Shown here in pieces: positions 8,714 through 17,711 of a DNA stretch of 64,000 nt. The position numbers and the translations under genes were made by a program. The stretch is from positions 564,923-628,922 of the forward strand of contig OZ220700.1 in NCBI GenBank assembly GCA_965116725.1, written 5' to 3'. Numbering within the stretch: the first letter of the stretch is position 1; every line of letters starts with the position of its first letter. Under the pieces are notes generated by a model. The model did no database searches and was not told the DNA's origin. It saw only the letters and a program-made list of their open reading frames with translations. Origin of the DNA: Thermodesulfobacteriota bacterium. Its GTDB lineage: Bacteria > Desulfobacterota_D > UBA1144 > Nemesobacterales > Nemesobacteraceae.

Positions 8714-10111
8714 TCAGGAATCCTCAATCCGTCTTTTTACCGAAAACGCATGACCCGAAAGCCCCTCGGCGTGGGCAAGGTTCATAACGGTCGCGCCGAG
8801 AGACGAAAAGCCTTTTTTCGACATCGATATGGTGCTCGGCATCCTCAGGAAATCATAAACGCTAAGAGGAGAAGAAAACCTCGCCGCTCCTCCCGTCGGA
8901 AGAACGTGACTCGGACCCGAGACGTAATCGCCGAAAGGCTCGGTCGAGAGAGATCCCAGAAATATTGCTCCTGCGTGTTTTATGCCTTTTAGAAGAGATT
9001 TGGGGGAACGCACGCAGAGCTCAAGGTGCTCGGGAGCAACCGCGTTTGAAAGCGCCACTGCCTGCTCCATATTCTCGGTTACGTAGATTCTTCCGTTGTT
9101 TGAGACCGCGGCGCCCGCGATTTCTTCTCTGTCAAGCCCCCTTAGCTGCGAGAGCACTTCCTTCTTCACCTCTTTGGCGTAATCGTAGCTGGTGGTCGCG
9201 AGAATCGGGATTGACATTTCGTCATGCTCGGCCTGGGCAAGCAGGTCTGCGGCAACCCATCCCGGCGGACACGAACCGTCGGCTATAATCAGAACCTCGG
9301 TCGGCCCTGCCAGCATGTCAATGTCGCAGAAACCATAAACCAGCTTCTTGGCTATCGTGACATAGATGTTCCCCGGACCTACTACCTTGTCCACTTTCGG
9401 TATGCTCCTGGTTCCAAAGGCCATTGCCGCTATGGCGTGGGCCCCGCCTATTTTGTAGACGTTGCTCACCCCGGCAATTTCGCACGCCAGAAGAATCTCG
9501 GGATTCACCCGTTTCCCGGAACATGGTGTGACAACGCTTATCTCGATTGCCCCGGCAACCCGCGCCGGTATGGCGGTCATGAGCACGGTTGAAGGGTACG
9601 AAGCCTTGCCTCCCGGAACATACACTCCCACCTTCTCAATTGGTCTTATCAGCCAGCCAAGTTCGTTTCCGAGCGCATCCTTGTAGGCTCCGGCCTTCGG
9701 AAGCTTCTTCTTCTGGTAGGAGCGAATCCGTGAAGCGGCCTTCTTAAGGTCCCTCGCAATGCCCGGCGCGACGGATGCTCTGGCCTCTTTGAATTCCCGA
9801 TCGGTGACTTTTACGTTTTTCGCAGTTACGTAAGGTCCATCAAATTTCTTCGCATAGCGAAAAAGCGCCGAGTCTCCCCGCTCTCTGACGTCCTCTACAA
9901 TCTTTTCCGTCTGCGAAACAAGCTCCGGATCGAAATGTGAGGCCGACTTCTCTATTTCTCTTGACCTTCTTTCCAGATTTTTCGAATTTATCCTTATAAT
10001 CTTCATGGTCGTAACAGTGCTTTCCCTTAAAAACCGATTCAGTTTATCCCGCTTGCAGAATATCCCAAATTCAGTTTTCCGGATCGACTCCTTCTCCGAA
10101 GCCGCTTTCAA
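8714..10111 (-). CDS. hisD: Histidinol dehydrogenase
   Basis: HisD-like 430-aa core (GGAHAIAAMAFGT, AGPTEVLIIAD, HLELC). The N-terminal 35 codons of the track ORF overlap the ptsH coding region; the likely true start is the internal Met near 10006 (MKIIRINSKNLERR). Confidence 0.85.
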   Translation of the reverse strand: MKAASEKESIRKTEFGIFCKRDKLNRFLRESTVTTMKIIRINSKNLERRSREIEKSASHFDPELVSQTEKIVEDVRERGDSALFRYAKKFDGPYVTAKNVKVTDREFKEARASVAPGIARDLKKAASRIRSYQKKKLPKAGAYKDALGNELGWLIRPIEKVGVYVPGGKASYPSTVLMTAIPARVAGAIEISVVTPCSGKRVNPEILLACEIAGVSNVYKIGGAHAIAAMAFGTRSIPKVDKVVGPGNIYVTIAKKLVYGFCDIDMLAGPTEVLIIADGSCPPGWVAADLLAQAEHDEMSIPILATTSYDYAKEVKKEVLSQLRGLDREEIAGAAVSNNGRIYVTENMEQAVALSNAVAPEHLELCVRSPKSLLKGIKHAGAIFLGSLSTEPFGDYVSGPSHVLPTGGAARFSSPLSVYDFLRMPSTISMSKKGFSSLGATVMNLAHAEGLSGHAFSVKRRIEDS

Positions 10112-10364
10112 TCAGACGGGAGACTTCCTCCATCGCAAGCTCCGAGTCTTCCCCCTCTATCGTAACGGCAACTTCAGTGCCACAAATGGCCGCAAGGGAC
10201 AAAACGCCCAGTATGCTTTTTCCGTCTATCTCGAAACTGTCTTTCCTTATCATTATACTGGAACTGAATCTGCTGGTCAGGGCGACCAGAACCGCGGCCG
10301 CTCTGGCGTGAAGGCCTAAACGGTTCCTTATTACGAAGTTTTTTACAAGCGGTTTCTGCGACAA
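10071..10364 (-). CDS. ptsH: Phosphocarrier protein HPr
   Basis: 97 aa. His15 motif (GLHARAAA) and Ser46 motif (GKSILGV) both present. No EI or EII genes are nearby. Confidence 0.75.
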   Translation of the reverse strand: MSQKPLVKNFVIRNRLGLHARAAAVLVALTSRFSSSIMIRKDSFEIDGKSILGVLSLAAICGTEVAVTIEGEDSELAMEEVSRLIESGFGEGVDPEN

Positions 10365-10365
10365 A

Positions 10366-11118
10366 TCAGGGTTCCTCTGCGGACCGGAAAAAAGAAATAT
10401 CCGTCTTTGAGTTTACCCGTAAATTCTCGTCATAATTCACGTTGAGACTGTAATCGGCGGTCTCAAAAAGCAGCTTTCTCGGGAAATAGGTGTCCGAGTC
10501 AATCCGTTTGAACAGCGAGAACTCAATCTTAGCCTTCTTTCCGTCAGAAAGCGTACCCTCTACTCTGGTTATGAAGTTTCTAGGGAAATCTACCGTGACC
10601 TGAAGAGGCGTGCTTCCCGAAAACACGAAAACTATTTCCCCTTCCTTCTTCCCGGTCCGCACAGAGTAACTTTTCTGGGGAAGGGCAAATGGGGATCCCC
10701 CCAGCAGAAAGTTTACTATGTCCTCAACTCCGAGCTGGGGCGGGAGTCCCGGATAAAGGTAGGAAAGTCTGAAATCCTCCGGATTCTCAAAGATCAACTC
10801 TTCCCAGTTGGTCTTCATTCTCACGCTTTCTCCGTCGGAAACCACCCTCGCGAGCATCTCGCCGAAAGGAGCGAAAACCGAAACTCTGAGAAACTCCGGG
10901 CGGACGACGGTGGCTACCTGATCGAAAACAATTTTCCCCTGTGGGGACTTTATTGACACCCTCGCCCTAGCTTTTATCGAAGTGAAGCCCATCTGGGTGC
11001 GTTTCGCCTTTGCCAATATGGCGGAAAGATCTGGATGTTCGGCGGTAGGGAGCGGGAGCTTACCGGCGCAGGAAAAAAAGAGAAAAACAAATGGAATAAA
11101 AACCCAGCTATGCCTCAT
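10366..11118 (-). CDS. Putative outer-membrane lipoprotein (LolA/LolB-like fold candidate)
   Basis: Signal peptide with lipobox-like FFSCAG. 250 aa, beta-rich. No confident family assignment. Confidence 0.4.
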   Translation of the reverse strand: MRHSWVFIPFVFLFFSCAGKLPLPTAEHPDLSAILAKAKRTQMGFTSIKARARVSIKSPQGKIVFDQVATVVRPEFLRVSVFAPFGEMLARVVSDGESVRMKTNWEELIFENPEDFRLSYLYPGLPPQLGVEDIVNFLLGGSPFALPQKSYSVRTGKKEGEIVFVFSGSTPLQVTVDFPRNFITRVEGTLSDGKKAKIEFSLFKRIDSDTYFPRKLLFETADYSLNVNYDENLRVNSKTDISFFRSAEEP

Positions 11119-12877
11119 CGCGCTTGAATTCCTTTAGCTTTTCTTGAAGCCTCGCGCGGATTTTCCTGTCTTCAACCGTAACCAGTTTCTTGGAATCCAG
11201 GAGTTCAAGGGCTTTCGTGTAATTCTCCACCGCGAGTTCTCTTTTGCCGAGTTTCTCATACACATCGCCCACGTGCTCCAGAATGGCCGCATCGGGAGGA
11301 GGCATCTCCGAGGCGCGAAGCAGATACTCGAGGGCTCCGGTGAAATCGCCCTTCTGATAGTAAACCCACCCCAGGCTGTCGATTATGTAAGCCCGCCCGG
11401 GAGCAAGCTCAAGAGCCTTGTTAATGAGTTCCTCGGCGTAATCAAGTTTTTCTCCTCGCTCGGCGTATGTGTACCCGATGAAATTCATCGCATCGAAACT
11501 CCGCGGATTCCTGCTGATTATATCCTCCATTACCGAGAGTGCTTCCGTTATTCGGTCGCTGTAGTAATACGAAACGCCAAGCGAATACAGAACGGATTCG
11601 TCATCGGGATGCTTTTCAAGATACCTGCCGTATAAAGAGATTGAATCATCCTGTCTCCCCTGCCTTCCATAGATTTCACCCAGAGAATTCACGGCCTTGG
11701 GATTGTCCGGGTCCTTCTCATGAAGCTCTCTCAGTATATTGATCGCCTTCTGTGCCGAACCCTCAAGTTCATGTATGTATGCTCCATGGACGACCGCGTC
11801 TACGTGGAAATCAGAGCTTTGGGGTATGGAATCGAGAAGCATTCTTGACTGGGAATACTGCCCGAGCTTGGTGTGGGCGACGGCGGAGTAGTATTTTGCC
11901 CCAAAATGTGCGGGCAGACGTTCGAAAACCTGCTTCAGTTCTCCGATAGCTTCCTCGTAACTGCCGCTTTCAAGATACAGAAGACCTATTCTGAAGCTGA
12001 TCTCGGGATTCTCCGGATCCGCGGCCTCCGCGTTGTGGTACTGCTTTATGGCCTCCTCGAACCTGCGCTGGCGGTAAAGCATGTTCCCGTAGGAAATAAA
12101 GACATCGCGATAAGGAGCAAATTTCCTGATCGCCGACTCGTACTGCTCTATCGCCTCTTCGATTCTTTTCGCTTTCTCAAGGGTTTCGACGAGCCCGGCG
12201 AAAGCGGGGTAGTATGTCCGTTGAATTTCAAGAGCCCTCTTGTAGTGCTTTACCGCGGTATCCAGATCGTTTCTTCTGGAGGCGATGCTTCCAAGGTAGA
12301 AGTGACCCGTGACATCTTTAGGACTTATCGAAAGACTTTTTTCGGCATACTTCTGCGCCTTCTCAAGATTTCCGGAATACAGTTCAGTCGCACAAAGAAG
12401 CAGATAGGTTTCATTGTCCCCGGGATCGATCTCAGCTGCCTTGAGCAGGAATTTCTTGCCCCTTTCCTTCATGGCTTCGTCCGGATATGCAAGGTAGATG
12501 CGGGCAAGGTCCCTGTAAGCCGGCGAATTTGACGGATCAAGAACAATGGACTGGGTGAACTTGGCAACGGCCTTCTCGCGCATATTAAGAACCGTGTAAA
12601 TCAGAGCGAGACGGTATTTTATTTCAGAAGACTGGGGATCAATCCGTTCTGCCTCTTCAAGGCTCTCCAGTGCACGTTTCAGGTCCCCTTGTTCCAGATA
12701 AAGCGCCGAAAGCGCAAAATGATAATACGCATCCTCCCGGTCTACGCTCTCAAGATCCCGGTCGGGGTCGACAAAGAGTCCCACGCCGCTACAGGAAAGA
12801 CAAAAAAAGAGAAAAGACAGAAGAAAAAGCTTTTTTTTAGGAAATTTCTTCAAGCCACGCACCCAAGCACATATCAA
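11108..12877 (-). CDS. TPR-repeat protein (589 aa), probably envelope-associated
   Basis: N-terminal signal/lipobox-like segment. More than 10 tandem 34-aa TPR-like units (recurring A..Y..A/L..G..EEA..Y..AL..P pattern). Confidence 0.75.
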   Translation of the reverse strand: MICAWVRGLKKFPKKKLFLLSFLFFCLSCSGVGLFVDPDRDLESVDREDAYYHFALSALYLEQGDLKRALESLEEAERIDPQSSEIKYRLALIYTVLNMREKAVAKFTQSIVLDPSNSPAYRDLARIYLAYPDEAMKERGKKFLLKAAEIDPGDNETYLLLCATELYSGNLEKAQKYAEKSLSISPKDVTGHFYLGSIASRRNDLDTAVKHYKRALEIQRTYYPAFAGLVETLEKAKRIEEAIEQYESAIRKFAPYRDVFISYGNMLYRQRRFEEAIKQYHNAEAADPENPEISFRIGLLYLESGSYEEAIGELKQVFERLPAHFGAKYYSAVAHTKLGQYSQSRMLLDSIPQSSDFHVDAVVHGAYIHELEGSAQKAINILRELHEKDPDNPKAVNSLGEIYGRQGRQDDSISLYGRYLEKHPDDESVLYSLGVSYYYSDRITEALSVMEDIISRNPRSFDAMNFIGYTYAERGEKLDYAEELINKALELAPGRAYIIDSLGWVYYQKGDFTGALEYLLRASEMPPPDAAILEHVGDVYEKLGKRELAVENYTKALELLDSKKLVTVEDRKIRARLQEKLKEFKRDEA

Positions 12878-13040
12878 TCCTCGGTTCCAAAACCCCGGTG
12901 CGTACTAGTCACGAAAGGAAAAGCCGCCGAGACATCACCGGGCAGAACCTTCTCAAACAGAATAACAAAAATGGATCAAAATACACAGCAAAGGAAAACA
13001 GTGCCGACCGCTTCTGCCCAGCAAGTTAGCCGGCCAACAG

Positions 13041-13988
13041 CTATTGTCTCTCGGGCCGCTGCCTCCAGCCGCGCTTCGCAAGGACCTCGGCAAACTCTTT
13101 GATTTCCCCTGCGCGCTGTGGATCAATTCGTTCAACTTTCCCTTCGTGTTCAATAAAGAAGTAAAGCTCTGAGAAAATACAGCCGGAAGGACAATCACCC
13201 CATGCCCTGCGAAACACCGCGTACCATTTCCCCTCTGACCACAGCACTTCAATATCGGAACCATCCCCCAATATGGAATTGGGCCTGGCGTAAATGACTC
13301 CTTCTATTTTCTCATATGATGCGCCCGCGGAGTAGACGTGCTCGCGCGGGTCAAACCTGATCACGATGACTTGCGTATATTCAAAAGGAAGAATTTCCAC
13401 GCCTCGCAGGCCAACCGACGCATTAAGAGCGTCAAACTCCGGGCGCCCTGTACAAAAAGGAGCGGAAACACCCTCTTCGGGCAGACTGACGGACACGGCT
13501 TCAAACAAAGACGGTTCCAAACTCAAAATCAGCGTCCCGGGTTCCCATCTTGGGCGCGCATTCACCTCGGCCATCTCCGGCCATGTGGAACGTATTATCC
13601 CCAAAACCCGCGCTATATCATCGATAAGACTGCGCCCGGAAAGATCCGGGATTTCTAAGACGCGACGGGCTAGAATCGCGGAATCAGTCTCGCTAGTCTG
13701 TTCAAGAGCTCCGCGAGTGACAACCGGTGCCTTGTCGCCGCACGCATCAGACAGAATAACAGCAGATGGGGATACCGGAGAATCCGCAAAGCATGCCGTC
13801 ACCATCATACACAAAACGGCAACAATTGAGATCTTGACTATGGACATCCGGAACCTCTGAACAGATACAGAGTGTATATTTTTCGGGAACAGCATCTTTA
13901 ATTCCATGAACTCCATATATTTTTCATTATATGTCATCATAAAAACAGGGGCTCCCGACCTTCTATCAGAATGTGTATCCTCACACAC
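13041..13988 (-). CDS. Hypothetical lipoprotein
   Basis: Likely true start at the internal Met near 13847 (MSIVKISIVAVLCMMVTAC...), which gives a signal peptide and a VTAC lipobox. The rest has no recognisable motif. Confidence 0.5.
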   Translation of the reverse strand: MCEDTHSDRRSGAPVFMMTYNEKYMEFMELKMLFPKNIHSVSVQRFRMSIVKISIVAVLCMMVTACFADSPVSPSAVILSDACGDKAPVVTRGALEQTSETDSAILARRVLEIPDLSGRSLIDDIARVLGIIRSTWPEMAEVNARPRWEPGTLILSLEPSLFEAVSVSLPEEGVSAPFCTGRPEFDALNASVGLRGVEILPFEYTQVIVIRFDPREHVYSAGASYEKIEGVIYARPNSILGDGSDIEVLWSEGKWYAVFRRAWGDCPSGCIFSELYFFIEHEGKVERIDPQRAGEIKEFAEVLAKRGWRQRPERQ

Positions 13989-14136
13989 CAGTTTCTTAAA
14001 TGTAATATAAATACTGTAACTCCCTACAATTTATAAAGTCTTCTCACAAAGAAAATCAGGGAATAATCACACATTTCTTTTCTAAATGTAAAAACACCTA
14101 CAAGTAATGGACAGTATGTAGTGCTTGAATGGTGGG

Positions 14137-14165
14137 TTGACATTATTTCTGTTTTCTGGTATTAG
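14137..14165 (+). promoter_or_regulatory. Candidate sigma70-type promoter (TTGACA, 17-nt spacer, TGgTATTAG extended -10)
   Basis: TTGACA at 14137-14142. 17 nt spacer. TG at 14157-58 followed by TATTAG at 14160-65. No annotated plus-strand gene follows before the terminator at 14252-14292. Confidence 0.3.
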
Positions 14166-14171
14166 TACTAA

Positions 14172-14292
14172 CTGTTCGGTAACATAGGTTCATATCTCTG
14201 TTGCCTCCTTTAAGGAGTTAGGTCTCTTTATAGATTCGTGTGTTTTGAATGGGAAGACTAGGTCGCTACCACAGCTTAGTCTTCCTTTTTTT
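14172..14292 (+). ncRNA. Candidate small RNA (~120 nt) bounded by a predicted promoter and a strong intrinsic terminator
   Basis: Promoter-like element upstream. Internal perfect hairpin CTCCTT-t-AAGGAG. Terminates in a 9-10 bp GC-containing stem (ggaagacta...tagtcttcc) plus a 7-T run. No ORF of more than 21 codons in the interval. Confidence 0.3.
14252..14292 (+). terminator. Rho-independent terminator (plus strand)
   Basis: Stem ggaagactag / ctagtcttcc with one bulge and a ~14-nt loop, followed by ttttttt (14286-14292). The orientation only works on the plus strand. Confidence 0.6.
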
Positions 14293-14486
14293 ATTCAAAT
14301 GAAGTAGCTGAGTGGTAAATACGGAGTGGCGGCGGTCGGAGTTCTGGATAAAACCGTAAAATCACACGCAAATAGGCTTTTAAACTTTTATCACATCGCC
14401 AACCCGCATGTGCTGGACACTACGCCTCTAAACTATACGCTTTTCCCCAACTGCAGGGAAACTTTCCGTTCGCACCAGTTTCGAAG

Positions 14487-15632
14487 TTGGCTTCAGGAGC
14501 ACTGCTTGCGGAATTGACTTTGCCTCCGCTATTAGCTTTATTAATTTTCTCTATGAGTTCGCTCGAAAATATCTACGGGAAGGTTTTTGAAGGTAAGCGG
14601 ATATCGACCGACGAAGCCGCCCAGCTTCTCGCAAAGGCCGACCTGCTCCAGTTGGGTTCCTTGGCCGATATAGTAAGGAAAAGGTTTAATCCGGAAAACA
14701 TAGTGACCTTCGTCGCGGACACAAACCCCAACTATACGAACGTCTGCGACACGGAGTGCCTTTTCTGCGCTTTCTGGAGACCGCCGGGCGCCTACGACGC
14801 CTACACCATGAGCGTCGACAAAGTAATCGAAATAATGCGCACCTCCTACCACAACGGCGCCACTACCGTCCTTCTGCAGGGCGGCCATAACCCGGAACTT
14901 AAGCTTGACTACTACATCGAAATCGTAGAAAGGACCACGAGGGAGATACCGGATCTTCATCTCCACGCATTCTCCGCCCCGGAGATAGCCGCCATTGCCA
15001 AGTACGAAAACCTCGACACGAGATACGTGCTGCAAACCCTCTGGGACGCGGGGCTGAGAACAATACCGGGAGGGGGAGCAGAGGTGCTGTCCAACAGGGC
15101 GAGAAGGGCGATAAGCCCTCTCAAGATAGATGCTGACACCTGGATGAGAATCACCAGGGAAGCTCACCTTGTGGGCTTTAAGACAACCGCAACCATGATG
15201 TTCGGTCACCTTGAGGAAGACGAGGACATAATCGAGCACCTCTTCAGGATAAGAGAGCTTCAGGATGAAACGGGGAATTTCCTGGCGTTTATCCCCTGGA
15301 CATTCAAGCCTAAAAACACCTTGCTTGAAAAAAGAATAAAGGACGAGGTCGGCGGGGAAAGATACCTTAGGGTTCTTTCGGTGTGCAGGATATTCCTTGA
15401 TAACTTCAAGCATGTACAGGGCTCTTGGTTTACCCAAGGAAAGAAAATGGGTTCAATGTCCCTGCACTACGGCGCGAGCGACCTCGGCGGGACTCTTTAC
15501 GACGAAAATGTCCTGGGGTGCGCTGAGAACAAGATCCGCTCGACTGTGGACGAGCTTGTTCACATGATAAAAAGCGCCGGGTTTAACCCCGCGCAGAGAA
15601 ATACCTATTACGAAATTCTGGAACGGTTCTAG
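14487..15632 (+). CDS. Radical SAM enzyme of the MqnE/MqnC family (menaquinone biosynthesis via futalosine)
   Basis: CDTECLFCAF radical-SAM cysteine triad in the NYTNVC...C.FCAF context typical of MqnE/MqnC/CofH-type enzymes. C-terminal HYGASDLGGTLYDENV. The likely true start is the internal Met near 14553 (MSSLENIYGK). Confidence 0.65.
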   Translation: MASGALLAELTLPPLLALLIFSMSSLENIYGKVFEGKRISTDEAAQLLAKADLLQLGSLADIVRKRFNPENIVTFVADTNPNYTNVCDTECLFCAFWRPPGAYDAYTMSVDKVIEIMRTSYHNGATTVLLQGGHNPELKLDYYIEIVERTTREIPDLHLHAFSAPEIAAIAKYENLDTRYVLQTLWDAGLRTIPGGGAEVLSNRARRAISPLKIDADTWMRITREAHLVGFKTTATMMFGHLEEDEDIIEHLFRIRELQDETGNFLAFIPWTFKPKNTLLEKRIKDEVGGERYLRVLSVCRIFLDNFKHVQGSWFTQGKKMGSMSLHYGASDLGGTLYDENVLGCAENKIRSTVDELVHMIKSAGFNPAQRNTYYEILERF

Positions 15633-15705
15633 AGGCTGTCACCTGCCTCTGCCACGGTGACCCTAATCTTCTCTTTCCTGTCCACTTTTAAAGTGAATGT
15701 CCTGC

Positions 15706-16143
15706 TCATTGATTGCCCCTGCCCATTGGGCCATTAAGCACGCCTCCCCAATAACATGTCCGGACATAGCCTTTTCCTATACAGTTCTCGCCCGTGCCGA
15801 AATTATAGTAATACCCCGTCCGGCTATCGTAACTCCAGGGGTTGTAATTGCTATCGTAGCCCCTCATGTCCCCGTCCGGTTCGATAGTCGCATTCCAGTA
15901 CGCCCCTGTTTTCGTATCAAAGCCATGAACGGTCGTCTTGCCCTCAGAATCCGTATTCCAATAGTAGCTGTTTCCCGAATACCAGTCGTGGCCCGTCCCG
16001 CTCTGGGCATAAGCAGGTAACGAAAACGCGGTCACTAGCATCAGCAATAACGGTAAAAACCTCACTTTGCTAAGGTAACAGGTTTTAAGCAGGCCCGCAA
16101 AAAGGCAATCAGGAAAGGAAAATGAATATATAGAAACAGCCAA
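15706..16143 (-). CDS. Small secreted Tyr/Trp/Gly/Asn-rich protein
   Basis: Signal peptide (FLPLLLMLVTAFSLPAYAQ). Mature part is dominated by Y, W, G, N, D, T (YYWNTDSEGKTT, AYWNATIEPDGD, YNPWSYDSRTGYYYN). Likely last gene of an eda operon. Confidence 0.45.
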   Translation of the reverse strand: MAVSIYSFSFPDCLFAGLLKTCYLSKVRFLPLLLMLVTAFSLPAYAQSGTGHDWYSGNSYYWNTDSEGKTTVHGFDTKTGAYWNATIEPDGDMRGYDSNYNPWSYDSRTGYYYNFGTGENCIGKGYVRTCYWGGVLNGPMGRGNQ

Positions 16144-16157
16144 AATAATGAGTGCTT

Positions 16158-16529
16158 TCAGTCAGTAACGGTTATTATCCAGCTGTTTCCCGAAAAATCC
16201 ACACTGCAGACAATTTTCGATCTTTGGGAGAAAACATAATCAAAAAATTCAAGCGCACTGCTTGTATGCACCGGGGCCCCGAGATACTCCTCTAAATTCT
16301 CCGCAGAAACTCCCGAACACTCAAAGGCACAAAGCTCAAAGTCAACCGCTCCTTCTCGATCAACCGCCGTGATGCAAAGCGAAAAAGAAGCGCTTACAAG
16401 AGAAGTTTCTGAAGCAATTTCCATCCGGACGTCAAAGCCACCACCGAAAAGAAAAAAAATCTCGGCAAACACCTCGTCTATTGAATCAAGATAAAACTCC
16501 CTTGCCTGCGGCTTTGTATCCATTTTCAC
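16158..16529 (-). CDS. Hypothetical acidic protein
   Basis: 123 aa with no recognisable motif. Its start overlaps the eda stop by 4 bp (ATGA), suggesting co-transcription. Confidence 0.4.
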   Translation of the reverse strand: MKMDTKPQAREFYLDSIDEVFAEIFFLFGGGFDVRMEIASETSLVSASFSLCITAVDREGAVDFELCAFECSGVSAENLEEYLGAPVHTSSALEFFDYVFSQRSKIVCSVDFSGNSWIITVTD

Positions 16530-17137
16530 GTGGAGAACCGGGAGAACTCCTCGGCTCTTTGTTTTATGGACTGATAGTCGTCTCCTCCGCCCAAAAGCGC
16601 GGTAGACACCCCGGCAAGCGCAGCTCCCGCCGAGAAATAATCCCGAATGTTGTCCACGGTAATTCCTCCGGTGACCATGATATCCATAAATCCGAGAGGC
16701 TCCTTTATGGCTTTCACGTAACCCGGACCGAAACTCGAAGCGGGGAATATCTTTACGAAATCCGCTCCGATGCTGCGGGCGTTAACCATCTCAGATGATG
16801 TAAAGGCTCCGGAGATCGCCGTAATGCCGTTTTTCCGGCAATACTCGATTATCTCGGGATCGGTGTGCGGAGAAACTATGAAACGGGCGCCGCAATCAGA
16901 CATCCGTTCGGCGGAATCACGGTCAAGAACCGTACCCGCCCCGACGCATATTCCGTCCTGCGAGGCAAGCTCCCGAAGAAGTCTTTCAGAACCTGGAGAG
17001 ATTGATATGATTTCTATGATTCTTATCCCGCCGTCAACGCATCCCCTTGCAAATTCAAGAGATTTTTCATAACTGGCGGACCTGATAACGGCCACGATCC
17101 TGTTTTTCCTCATAAACTCAATCACAGTTTTCTCCAT
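16526..17137 (-). CDS. eda: KDPG/KHG aldolase (Eda family)
   Basis: 203 aa TIM-barrel aldolase with RIVAVIR, GIRIIEI, GAGTV, and a Schiff-base Lys in the FVKIFPA context. Confidence 0.8.
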   Translation of the reverse strand: MEKTVIEFMRKNRIVAVIRSASYEKSLEFARGCVDGGIRIIEIISISPGSERLLRELASQDGICVGAGTVLDRDSAERMSDCGARFIVSPHTDPEIIEYCRKNGITAISGAFTSSEMVNARSIGADFVKIFPASSFGPGYVKAIKEPLGFMDIMVTGGITVDNIRDYFSAGAALAGVSTALLGGGDDYQSIKQRAEEFSRFST

Positions 17138-17215
17138 GGCGCGCGGTTTGAGACTTAAAAACTTTTAAGGTACACTGAGACTGGCCTGTTTTAATCCCCC
17201 TAAAAGGGGCAAATC

Positions 17216-17665
17216 ATGAAGAATTCGGAACTCAGAACCGAAAACAAGATATCGCAATTCATAAAAAGAAGCAAAGAACTGGGGCTTAAGGTAACTCCTC
17301 AGAGAATAGCGATATACAGGGAGCTCGCGGGAAGCATGCAGCACCCGAGCACCGAGATGATCTACAAGAACATAAAGGACTACTATCCGAACATATCCCT
17401 TACCACCGTGTACAGAACGCTTGAGACATTCGAGAGAATGGGGCTCATATCAGTAGTTAACACCCTGTATCACGCCGCAAGATACGACGCCAACATGGAA
17501 CCTCACCACCATGTGGTATGCGTAAAATGCAAAAAGATAGAGGACATCTACGACGATTCCGTGGCTTACTCGGAACTTGACCCGCAAATAGATAATTACA
17601 AGATTCTTGGATACTCGGTGCTTTTCAGCGGAATCTGCGAGGAATGCAAAACCCTTAACAACTGA
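17216..17665 (+). CDS. Fur-family metalloregulator (Fur/PerR/Zur type)
   Basis: 149 aa with a winged-helix N-terminus (TPQRIAIYREL), an HHHVVC metal site and C-terminal CX2C pairs (CVKCKK...CEEC). Confidence 0.8.
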   Translation: MKNSELRTENKISQFIKRSKELGLKVTPQRIAIYRELAGSMQHPSTEMIYKNIKDYYPNISLTTVYRTLETFERMGLISVVNTLYHAARYDANMEPHHHVVCVKCKKIEDIYDDSVAYSELDPQIDNYKILGYSVLFSGICEECKTLNN

Positions 17666-17711
17666 CCGGAAACGGGCCGTTTCTCGCAAGGCCGCCTAAA
17701 AGAGCGGAAAA

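Noticed and set aside
14326-14517. 63-aa plus-strand ORF in the long gap upstream of the mqn gene
   Set aside because: No ribosome-binding site and odd composition. It runs into the true coding frame of the downstream gene. More likely part of the untranslated leader.
14541-15437. 298-aa minus-strand ORF
   Set aside because: Antisense to the radical-SAM MqnE/MqnC-family gene, which carries the CxxxCxxC motif and convincing homology. Shadow ORF.
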